Of a stretch of 64,000 nt of DNA, positions 39,001 to 50,849 are shown in pieces. This DNA is from Magallana gigas. Lineage: Eukaryota. Below the pieces are notes generated by a model, which was not told where the DNA came from, searched no databases, and was given only the letters and a program-made list of their open reading frames with translations. The stretch lies in the NCBI RefSeq assembly GCF_963853765.1, contig NC_088857.1, positions 55,366,001 to 55,430,000 on the forward strand, written 5' to 3'. The position numbers and the translations under genes are program-made. Position 1 is the stretch's first letter; each line of letters begins with the position of its first letter.

Positions 39001-39964
39001 ACCGATACAAATTTAGCTAGGGCGGAGTTCTTTTCAGTATTTCAGTAATACGGGACTACTAGTGTACAGATATAGTGTTTAAAGTGTAACTAGTCACTTG
39101 AACCACGTCCATTTTATCATCAGTGTCGAATGGCTTTACCGCTATCTCTAGCTAACCAGTGCGCTGTGTCAACGTGTATTACCATCCAGAGAAAATCAAA
39201 ACATGAAAACGAGTTCATTCATAAATAAAATATCTCCAATCTGAAGCATACGACCCAAGTCACTCGTGGGTCATCACAACGTTGGCTAACAATCGTAGTT
39301 ACTTCCTATCTACTTTTCCGTGCAGACATCTACAACGATAAGCTAATGAGGACCTTTGGTAAGGCCTGTTTAAGCGCACCTGTCAACAGCGCTCATCCCC
39401 TTCCCCTAGAGACTGTCGACACATTAACCTGTTAACCGTGCAGATGACAACTTCGTGACAGTAGAAGTGTGTATATTAAGTATATTGACATAAACAAATA
39501 TTTTCATAGTTTAATTGCAGAGTACAGAGAAATGAAACAATTTAGAATATTATATTTATAACACCTATACACGCTAACATGTCTGCGATTGAAATACAAT
39601 ACATTGTCATGAACAGATGATTTTATTACCCTAAATACTCAGGTGGTCAGCATTTTTGTATTCTAATGTGTGTGTTTGTGGGGGGGGGGGGGGGTTATCT
39701 ACCCCCAAATATTGGGAAAATAATTTTTTTACATTCAAATTCACCATGCAAGCCTTAAACTCCTGATCCGGGGGGGGGGGGGGGGGGGTGCGCGGTAATT
39801 TGTCTGCATTAACTGCCGGGCAAGAGAAGACGTTATTTAATTCGTACAATGTAAGGTTTAATGCAACGACAAATGGTTAATCAATAATAGGGCGATGTTT
39901 TCCACGAAATACCGGAAAGATCTACTGGATCTAACTGTGTCAGTGGGCCAAGCAAACTAACAGA

Positions 39965-40700
39965 CAACATGGCAAAAAACAATTTAATCAAATAGTATGG
40001 CAAAAACAACAACAAATAGTATGGCAAAAACAACAATAAACAGTACGGCAAAAACAACAACAGACAGTATGGCAAAAACAACAACAGACAGCATGGCAAA
40101 AACAACAACAACAGACAGTATGGTGGCAAAAACAACAACAGACAGTATGGCAAAAACAACAACAGACAGTATGGCAAAAACAACAACAGACAGTATGGCA
40201 AAAACAACAATAACAGTATGGCAAAAACAACAACAGACAGCATGGCCAAAACAACGACAGTATGGCAAAAAAACAACACACAACACACAAACACAACAAC
40301 AATAAACAGCATGGCAAAACAACAACAGACAGTATGGCAAAAACAACAACAGACAGTATGGCAAAAACAACAACAGACAGTATGGCAAAAACAACAACAG
40401 ACAGTATGGCAAAAACAACAACAGACAGCATGGCAAAAACAACAACAGACAGTATGGCAAAAACAACAACAAAAAGTATAGCAAAAACAACAGCAAATAG
40501 TATAGCAAAAACAACAATAAACAGTATAGCAAAAACAGCAACAAATAGTATGACAAAAACAACAATAAACAGTATGGCAAAAAACAAAAACAAATAGTAT
40601 GGCAAAAACAACAATAAATAGTATGACAAAAAACAACAACAAATAGTATGGCAAAAACAACAACAAATAATATGGCAAAAACAACAACAAATACCATAAC
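39965..40700. repeat. 24-bp minisatellite (about 30 units)
   Basis: Unit ATGGCAAAAACAACAACAGACAGT; it explains the five overlapping low-complexity ORFs in the track. Confidence 0.92.
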
Positions 40701-40754
40701 AGAAAACAGAAGGAAATACACCATAATAAACAGTGCGAATACATTGTCGCTTAA

Positions 40755-41040
40755 GGTGGTATGGGACACCTCCATGTTGTGACGTATCATTTATCAGAAT
40801 AAACGATGAAATCAAGTGAATTTTATAAATATTTTTTTTCAAAATTGTTAATTAACAGCGTAGCGCAGTGGGTTAGAGGGTTCACTGCGATCTGTAGGTC
40901 ATTGTTTGAATCCCGCTGGGGTTTTTAAAATTTTTACCTTTCCAAAAATATTGTAAATTTGATAATTCTAAACCGGTAAAGGTATTTTAAATATAATGTA
41001 CTTTAATCCACATTAATATCGACAAATGGTCCATACCACC
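40755..41040. mobile_element. TTAA-flanked MITE (family K2) with a tRNA-like core
   Basis: TTAA|GGTGGTATGGGAC ... GTCCATACCACC|TTAA; an inverted homolog lies at about 62630-62947. Confidence 0.8.
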
Positions 41041-42917
41041 TTAAATCAGATGTATTTTGAATATTTTTAATTGGTTATTTTTTTTTTCAAACAGTTTCAA
41101 TAAACCCCAATCAAAATCCAGGGAAAAATCCCGACTTTTGAAAGCACGATATGCTAAGGGTTTGTAAGGAGCGGTGTAGATCAGAAACTCTTGGCTAGCG
41201 AAGATCTAATAATGGCAACACAAACTGCATTTGGGCAGCGAGCGCATTTAAAAGTGCGAACTGAGCAATGACCGCTCAGCTGTTATGCTGTTACTGTTTG
41301 AGACAAGCAGAAATATTGATTGTGTATCTTGTAAGGGTTATAAAAGGTAGGGTCTTAGTTCCGCAAAATCATGAAATTTACACATCGTTGATGATTGATA
41401 CGTGTCATCTTGGATAAAGGGCAATAATATAAAACAATGCAGAAAAAATCAAAATGATTGCATTTTTTTGTGACTCGAAATGTTGTGAGTACTGGATAAA
41501 GGGCAAAAATATAGAACACTGCACAAAAATCGAAATGACTGCAGTTCTACGTGACTCGAAATGTTGTGAAGGGCAAGACAGTAGACGAGGACACACATCT
41601 CGGTCAGAATATTGTAACTTGGTGGGGCGTCCTCTCTTAATAATTAATTACTGATTCAATGCTTATAAAACCCTTAAAGTTTACCACGATCCAATGCATC
41701 ATAAAAATGTCAATTTATTGAACAGGTGTTTACACTTCAAAGACAAACTATAGTATACACGTATATTCTGTATTTTCTAAAAATCATACAGTTACAACTT
41801 GTGAATAAAAAATTATATTCTTTCTACCGATGTCACTACAAAATTAAAATAGTAGATTTTTCACATTTTCACATTTCTCGCTATGAAGCTACATTGTTTT
41901 AATAGAAAATAGGATTCTTTGTATTTTTAATTTGGTTTTTGTGGTTTCTGTTCATTATGTACCCGCCAGAGTTCCACACACAGAGCTGTTGCGTCCTTAT
42001 AAGGCTATGTCAAGGTTACGTTAAAAATCATCACTTTTTCAATGTTTTGTTGATCGTCTTGACAAAGAATTGGTTTTCTTATACTGCTTTTTATTCTACA
42101 CAACTTTCGCGCTTAAACGAGTCTTGTCACCCACAGTGGTATATACTGACCACAGCAAAACATACATGTGCATGTAGCATGGTTATTATAACAGTGCGGT
42201 CAGGAATGTTTTTATACATGTACCATTTTAGACGAAGAGTTCTCGTACCCGATAAAGATTAATGGTCTTTAACTTGTTGATTAAATATAGATATAGCACT
42301 TAAATCCCTTGTTAAGTTAAAGTCCCTCCTTTGGTAGTGCATGCAGGTAAAATTGAAGCTGAAAGAACCGCTACCTGCATAGCCAATATGAACCCCAAAG
42401 CTTTTATCTTTTTTATGTTTTTTTTTGGGGGGGTGGGGGTCGAGTATCTATAGGTAATTGCCAATGAGTAAATGAAATTTAAATAGAAAGAACATTTCTA
42501 CGTGTATATTATGTGGGTTTTTTTTTTAATTCTGACATCATTGCTAACAACCCGGAAATTAGTTCAATGAAGCACAAATGATCCTACTTAAGTTCACTCC
42601 TCAGAATTAGTTATCATTTTACTTTGTAGATATTATTTGATTTAGGTTTTTGAATAAAAATTGTACTTCTGTAAAAAAAAAAAAAAAAAAAAAAAAAATC
42701 AGTGCAGAGAAATATAAAACAAACACACATCATTACATAATAACAGCGTCAAATGATTGGGGGGGGGGGGGACTACAAAACAAAAACAATTCATTTCAAA
42801 TTCTTTATCTTGAAAAGTATTCTGCAGATCTATACCGTACAGATGGAAGTTGTCCAGTAAAGGAAACTTGTGACTTTTACAGGACTAATTTATACGCCAT
42901 CCAAATGTTAAAAGTGA

Positions 42918-42990
42918 TGACGTCACATCAGACCTACATATAAATCTGTGTAGTCCTAAATATCTAGATCAATTTCTTTCACAGGTAAGC
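42918..42990 (+). promoter_or_regulatory. Candidate peroxidase-1 promoter: CRE palindrome, TATA box, short non-coding first exon and donor
   Basis: TGACGTCA at 42918-42925, TATAAA at 42939-42944, cag|GTAAGC donor at 42985. A matching acceptor lies at 45168, 14 nt before the ATG. Motif-based only. Confidence 0.45.
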
Positions 42991-45182
42991 CATTTATTAT
43001 CAATTATTTTCATATTATTTTCTTTTTCATTTTATAATTCACATAAAATTATTTCCATTTTTTATGTGATACAAATCCATTCTTTACCTCGTTCCCTCTT
43101 CGGTGGTATTTGCACGTTTTCACTTACCGATCGTTGGTTGCACGCACATGTAAGATCATCAAAGCGACATCAGTATCATTGGTATTTTAGATGGGTTCAC
43201 TATTATTTTTTATGTAAAGCAATTGTTGCTTAAGGTAAGAGCAAAGGCATTCATTGTAAACAATCCCACTTCTGTGGCAAATTGGTTAAACGTGAACTAT
43301 TTTTGCAAAGACACATAACAAAAACAGTTATAAAACGTACCCGAACCTATTGTTACAGTCTTTCTTTTTTATATAAATGTAGGCCACGTCGTTACATCTT
43401 TCTAAATAAACGCCGCATAATCAAATTCAGACATTATGAATTGGAAAATCCATTGTCCAAGTGAATATGCTCGATACCAATATTTTCTATGACAACTTTT
43501 GATGTTTGTCGATGCCTGCTTACATTGAAAGATTTTGACGATACATCGGTAAACATCCCCTAAACTTCGCGTTTAACTCAGATTAAGATATGTAAAACAG
43601 TTATGCCACGTTTTTCTAAATCTTTAAATTACATAAGGGAATTATGAAATATAAATACACATTGATGATATATAGATTCTTATAGAACAACAATTAAATA
43701 AGAAAAAAATCTTTAATTCTTAAACTTTTGTTTTGGTTTCAAACGAAAACTAATCAAAATCAGTAAGGTGAGGCAAATTCCCTTCATTGACTATATTCGA
43801 TTTTTTAAATAATGTCATGACAAGACAATTAATTATCAAAGCGAACATATTTATATTAATATCGAGTACGTTTAAATGTTAATTAGTATCACTTATAATG
43901 ACTTTAAAATGCCATCCAGGTCGTTCTCGGAGTGATTTTGTCATAACCTGACAGCTAGGTCCCCTGTTTTTGATTCAGGGAATCTTAAAGTTTAAATTAA
44001 TACTGTTTAATTGAATCGTAAATATCGATGTTATAAGGTCAACGTGCTAAATTACAATAATGCAAATTTGTGTAAATTGAGTGTAAATGAAACATGTGCA
44101 ACATGAACTATTCAATGGGATAAAACTAAAGACGGTGATTATGAAGTAATTAACTAGATTATGTTAATTTTATAAATCCGTAACGATTACAGCATACATC
44201 AAGCCATTTACATGATCACGTGACCCGCTAACTTTACTACATACACATTATATTTATGAATGACGATTTGATCAAGAATATTCAGGACAGAGATTGTAAA
44301 TTGAAATATATTAATCTTTCGGATATATCTTTCTGGTTGCAATGTATAGTTACCTTTCCTCTCAATTTCATCTTTTCGATATATTAATGTTAAAAATCAC
44401 ACACAGACCGAGGTCGTCTTTAACCTTCACACAATATCCAGTTCACTTAATTTTCGGTTCAAAGAAACCTGTTACCTCTTCATGTATGTTGGGGATCTTT
44501 AAAAAAAAAGATTAACAGGAATCGATGACTTTTCTCTGGTACACATTTTCCCGTAGCTTCATCACTTTGATGTTGCGGACCAGTGTTTACAAAACATAGA
44601 TACGAAAGTTCTGACTGTTGTGCACAAACATCAATAATATCTTAAATAAAAAAAAAATTAAAAATACAAAACAAAACAAAACAAAACGAGGATCTCTTAA
44701 AGTAACCATTCAATAGGAGTTAGATAAATGTAACTATCTACGAAGTAATAAATTCATATTTAAGGGTCGTATCCACGTGGTTTTACATGTATTTGTGCAT
44801 GGTATTAACTTGTGAATCCAACTTTTTCATTGATTCATGTTGTTGAAAAAGAAAGCAGGAAGTGCAGTCCGTCAACATAATGAAATGAGTATAAAAATCT
44901 AAAGATGTGATTTAAAAAAAAGAAAGATAAATATGCCCAATATACAAATACAAGAGAGTACTACATGTACTGTACCGGTGTCAAGTAAAATTTCGATTTT
45001 TTTTGGCCTTATTCGGGACAAAGATAATTCTTACACACACTTTTATAGGAAAATTCAAATATTGTATGATGTGTTTGTTTTTTCTTTAAAACATATTGTT
45101 TTTACCTTTAACCTTCAGGTTTTTTTTTTACCTTTAACCTTCAGTTTGTTTTGACCTTTAACCTTCAGTGTGTGTAGTCACT

Positions 45183-45916
45183 ATGAGGACCCCGCTGCTG
45201 GTCTGTCTGTTAGTGCCGCTGCTCTCCACGGCCCGTGGTCAGTCGCTGGAGGCTGTGGTAAGGGAAGCCGTGGAGTCCAGCTTCAAGATGCCCAGGAACA
45301 TGCGCAAAGCTCTTATACCAGCAGGTAGGTCAAGGCCACCTCCTCTGTGTTCAATAAACTCCAGTGAATCCTATTTTAACATATTATTTGGTCTCAGTGT
45401 GAAGAAAATGACTAGTTTGCTGGTTGGAAGGCATGTTTTTGTCTTTAGAATATTTATCTATCTTCCTAGTTTCTTTGCAATTAAAAAACTAAAAAAACTA
45501 ACGATAGATGGCTTTTTATCTCCGAATTAAAAGCATTCTGGGTCCATAATTAGTACGTCTGTTCATTATTATATTGAATAAACACATTTTTTCTTGGCTA
45601 TAGAGGTAAAGGAAAAGAAAAAATACCATTATATCAACCGGGGAGCCATGGCAATCAACGCTCTCAATAGGTTCTCGCAGAACAACGCACCGGAAATGAA
45701 CATGATGCTGGATTCAAGATCCCGGATGGCCTCACAGGCTGCGCAGAAAATCGCTAGAAGGTTTGTTTCGCATTTCTTGTTAAAAGAAGATGCTTATCTG
45801 TCTCGCAAGGGCAATGCCAATATTTGAATACGTAAGTTTTCTTATAATGCAGTAAGAAGGACATTTTTCTGTTAAGAAATACTCTTTATAAAAAGGCTGT
45901 TTCACGCACTTTTGAG

Positions 45917-46001
<85 letters not shown>

Positions 46002-49000
46002 ATCATAGCTCTTTAATTCTTGACAAAATCTTTTTCCAGTCGGCCAGTGCTTGCCAAGGCACGAGGGCGCGACGATGCGGCTCACATGGTGGTCTCCGAT
46101 CCCGTGATCTCACAAAGCTTTCAGCGCGCCATGTCGCCTGTGTGTTATGAGATTCCGGTCTGCAATCCCCAGGATCCCTACAGAACGGCGGACGGTTCCT
46201 GCAACAACTTGTTCAATCCCATCCTCGGCAAAGCGTTTACTCCTCAGTCCCGTATTCTACCCAACGCCTACGATAACTGTAAGTCTGACTGCAGTCAAAA
46301 GTTCAATTCAAATCTTAAGAATTCATTAAAAAAAGCACATTCACTATGGAAACACCAAAAGATAGTTCTTGTAAAATGTGTTTTTCTTCCGAGTTATTTC
46401 CCTTGTCCGCAATCTTGTAGATCAAGTCGGTGAATTCTTCTCTCTGAGAGACCAATTTTTTAGAAAAAAAATTCAGAATGTCGGGGGAAAAATTCTTATT
46501 AATGGTAATTAAAAAAAATATTAAAAATAGTTTATTCAGAACAAACCGTTTTACTCATTGACTGTCGTTTCCAGCAATCGACCTCCCCAGGACGAAGGAC
46601 AGTAACGGGGATCCCCTCCCTAGCGCCCGCATGGTCAGTAACCTCATCCTGTCCGGGTCCAACCCGGTCAGTTCCACCTTCACGACATTCCTCACCCACT
46701 TCGGGCAGTTCATCGATCATGACGTCATCTCCACTCCTTCCATGACAGGTCGGTTACATTGTATTTCACCCTTCAGTAGCCTTATTTACCCTAAAGATAG
46801 TTCATCGTTTTCTATGCATTCTTCAAGCTTTTTGAAATGCAAGATTGTCATTGCTATAAACGTAAATTGTAAGCATACTGTGTATACTTATTTCTCTCAG
46901 AGGGTGACCCGCCTAATCCCGTGTTCGACTGTTGCTCTCCGAACGTGTAAGTATTTGAGTTAGTAGTTTTCAAGTGACATTCTTAGTCATAAACAATATA
47001 AATAAAGTACTTATTTTCAATTACACTGAAAGCTTCAAGTAATAATGACCAGATGAATGATGTCTTCAACCAATATCAGTACTTCATTTGTACTATATGC
47101 GTCCACTGCTAGTGATGGTCTAAATTGTAATACACTTATTTTATGAGAAAAAAAAACGTGACATATTTCGAGATGTTAAGGGTTTTTGACCATGCTTTTT
47201 TAAATCAAAAATTGTATTTTTAATACGTGTATATATTACATATCTTAACATTCTCAAAAAATTCTTTTTTGCAACAGAAATAAGTACGCCTGTTTCCCAA
47301 TCAATGTCCCCGACGGTGACTCCGAATTTTCCGGAAAGTCCTGTATGAACATGGTCCGTCACGCGGCGGCCGTGCCGCTGGACTGTAACAGCGGTAAGCT
47401 CTTGTATGTAAGGAAGGCTGTATGGTCATCAAATTACCCATCAGATCTGCATTAAAAATGAAAAAAAAAAAAACGGTTTTCAGCGAGATATCATTTAGAA
47501 ACGAAAAGCATTTTATATGTTAGCTTTAAACTTAGAATGTATTTATGAATTTTTTTTAAAAAAGTTTCCTTCTAAAAGATATTGATAGAGTCTAAAAATG
47601 TCAGTAACGGTCGTTAATGCAATTGCTGTACACGTTGGATGTTTGACAGGTGTCCGTGAGCAGCAGAACCAGAGGTCGTCCTTCATTGACGGCACGGCGC
47701 TGTACGGATTCAACAGGGAGAGGGAACTACTGCTCCGTGTACGAAGTATGGCCGCCTCGTGGCTTATATTCCTATAGAAAAGGGCTCATTTACCCTTAAT
47801 TAAAGTACTGCATTCTAATGTTTTATTGGCGATGAATATTTTCGACATATCATTGAACATGTTTTTTTCATTCAGACGGCGGTCGGCTGTTAGAGAGCGA
47901 CAGAATCCAAGGCCTCCTCCCTCGCTCCACGTGTCCGGCGGGAATCTCCACGCCCTTCCATTGCTTTATAGCCGGTAAGATTAGTCTCCATTCTCATTAT
48001 ATGCCAAACACATTTTTGAATTAAGAATAACGTTCAATTTTAACAAACTGATTTTCAATTTTCTTAACAAGGTGACCACAGACAAAGCGAAACCCCAACC
48101 CTCACAGTTGTACATATCGCGTGGTTACGACGTCACAATCTGATAGCAGACGCCTTACGTACAGCAACTAATATAACAGACGATGAGACTCTATTCCAGG
48201 AAGCCAAGAGAATTGTGGTCGCAGAACTGCAACACGTGACCTATAGAGAATTTTTACCTGCAGTCTTAAACTACAGATTCATGCGTGTATTCAATTTGCG
48301 GACACGTTTCTCTGGTCATAGCAATTATTACAACCCTAGTGTGGACCCCAGAACCTTCAATGCGTTCGGAGCCGCCGTGTTACGTATGGGACACACGATG
48401 GTCAGAAATGAAGTCGGGCACGATGACGGGCGAGGGCGTGTCCAACAATTCAATCTTAAGGATCATTTCGAGGATCCAAACCTCATGTTCTCACCACCGC
48501 ACGGATTCGAGCACATGGCTCGTTGGATGGCAAAGAATGGGAAATCTCGGGGTGATCATGCCTTTGTGGAGGGACTCAGAAATAAACTGTTCGAGGGACC
48601 AGCTGGTCCATTCCCCGCGGAAACCGCGTCCTTTGACCTCGGGGCTCTGAACATCCAGCGGGGGCGGGAGCACGGACTTCCGGCGTACAACCGCTACAGA
48701 GAGTTCTGTGGACTGAGACCGGCCGCCCACTTCAGTAACAGATTCGGTGGACTAGTGGACCATTCCATAACCAACGCTGCCAAACTAGCGCGTGTGTACA
48801 GGTAACAAACCCTTTCTATCAACAATTCACTTAGAGTGATTTCCCTTATATGGTTTTTTTTGGTAATGTGTTTTATATTAGCAGATGTTCGCGTCAATTT
48901 ACACAGTATTAATTGTTCTTTCTTTGCTTTAATAGATCCACAGACGACATTGACCTTTTTGCCGGTGGAATGTCGGAGACCCCCGTCCGGGGAGGAATCC

Positions 49001-50849
49001 TGGGCCCCACCTTCTCCTGTCTGTTGGCCTACCAGTTCTCTCTGTACAAACATGGAGATAGGTTCTGGTACGAAAACAACGACCACGAAAATCCACTCAC
49101 TGCTTTCACCGGACGTAAGAATATGAAGTTTATTATTATTATAGCGGTTTATGATCAATACATTAATATGAATGCTATTAAAGTGAATCATACAGTGTAT
49201 AAGACTATTTAATAAAATATTTTAGATGATAACATTTTCTTTTTTTTAAAGCACAACTTGCTCAACTCAAACAGATAACTCACTCCAAAATATTATGTTC
49301 CGTGCTTAAAGACGACAAAGGCTCCCTGAATTATCAGCCAAGACTGATGGAACATCAAGATAATTACAGGTAAGTTTAAAAGGGAGATTATCTGTGATAA
49401 GCTGGACATGTTTACAGGTAAGAGTGAGATTATCTGTGCTAAGCAGAAATGTTTACAGGTAAGTATCAGAGTGAGATTATCTGTGCTAAGCTGTAAATGT
49501 TTACAGGTAGTGTAAGAGTGAGATTATCTGTGATATGCTGGAAATGTTTACAGATAAGTGTAAGAGTGAGATTATCCGTGATAAACTGTAAATGTTGACA
49601 GGTAAGTGTAAGAGTGAGATTATCTGTGCTAAGCTGGAAATGTATACAGGTAGTGTAAGAGTGAGATTATCTGTGCTAAGCTGGAAATGTTTACAGGTAA
49701 GTGTAAGAGTGAGATTATCTGTGCTAAGCTGGAAATGTTCACAGGTAAGTGTAAGAATGAGATTATCTGTGCAAATCTGGAAATGTTTACAGGTAAAAGT
49801 AAGAGTGAGATTATCTGTGCTAAGCTGGAAATGTTGAAAGGTAAGTGTAAGAGTGAGATTATCTGTGCAAAGCTGGAAATGTTTACAGGTAAGTGTAAGA
49901 GTGAGATTATCTGTGATATGCTGTAAATGTTGACAGGTAAATGAAAGAGTGAGATTATCCGTGATAAACTGTAAATGTTGACAGGTAAGTTAAGGAGTGT
50001 GGTTATCCGTGATAAGCTGAAATGTTCACAGGTAAGTGTAAGAGTGAAATTATCTATGATAAGCTGGAAATGTTGACAGGTAAGTGTAAGAATGAGATTA
50101 TCTATGATAAGCTGAAGATGTTGACAGGTAAGTGTAAGAGTGAGATTATCTGTGCTAAGCTGGAAATGTTTACTGGTATGTGGATAAGTAAAGACAATAA
50201 TACTAGTTATAAGTTAGAGACAATAACAGACAGGTGCATTTGTAAGGGCTGACTTCATGAAGGAGGATACTCTGATGATTAGAAGTTTACAGGTAAGTGG
50301 GATATAGTTAACGCATGCAATTCCATGTAATGTCATCATTTTAAAAAAATTGTACAGGATAACAATTTTGTCGTAGTATGAAAAAGAGTTAATCGTGTAG
50401 TCCACGTTATATGGAATTAATGTTACGAAGACGTTAACTTTGTTTGATATCACTTTCCAGATTCGTTGCGTGTAAATCTAACTGAAAATTAGTTTTATAC
50501 ACATTTTATATCTTGTAGAAATGAGCCACGTCCTTGTCGCCAGATCCTGAGAGGAAGTCCTATAGGATACAACTTCAAACCTTTTATTGACCAGCTTGTG
50601 TCGTTAAGAGGATCCCGGCGGGAAGCCAGAGTCAGCAGATTGGCTGCGGCCTCGTTCCGACGAGTTTCAGGAAGTTCGTCATCCCAGACAAGAAGGGCGC
50701 CTAACGCTGGGTTCAAAATCCCCAATCCGAAAGACGTGGTAGAAAACATCCTTAAATTGTCCACAAATGACAACAGAAATAGCCCTACACGCAGGACCAA
50801 CAGGCTGCAGCCTCAGTCATTTCAACGAGCCTTCTGGCAAAGGAACTGA
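45183..50849 (+). CDS. Secreted animal heme peroxidase (peroxidase-cyclooxygenase superfamily, chorion-peroxidase-like architecture), about 808 aa
   Basis: Exons: 45183-45324, 45604-45760, 46040-46278, 46575-46748, 46901-46946, 47278-47393, 47650-47745, 47876-47974, 48072-48801, 48936-49114, 49252-49369, 50519-50849. Total 2427 nt in frame. Signal peptide MRTPLLVCLLVPLLSTARG; YRTADGSCNN; FGQFIDHD (distal His, heme Asp); SSFIDGT (Ca loop); GDHRQSE (distal Arg, heme Glu); RMGHT (proximal His); LNIQRGREHGL; GDRFWYE. No LRR or Ig domains. Confidence 0.93.
45922..45998. repeat. (CT)n microsatellite in peroxidase-1 intron 2
   Basis: About 38 perfect CT units ending about 40 nt before the exon-3 acceptor. 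Confidence 0.95.
49366..50176 (+). repeat. 48-bp minisatellite (about 17 units) starting at the peroxidase-1 exon-11 donor
   Basis: Unit ACAGGTAAGTGTAAGAGTGAGATTATCTGTGCTAAGCTGGAAATGTTT. Confidence 0.92.

Noticed and set aside
39881-40842. The longest ORFs in the track (268-287 aa, Cys/Leu/Val-rich, minus strand) as membrane or metallothionein-like proteins
   Set aside because: They are translations of a 24-bp minisatellite. They are open in several frames on both strands, switch frame freely, and have no splice or domain support.
49592-50252. ORFs with MFTGKCKSEIICAKLE repeats as an extra peroxidase exon
   Set aside because: They come from the 48-bp intronic array, are out of frame with exon 11 (which meets TAA at once), and have no acceptor context.
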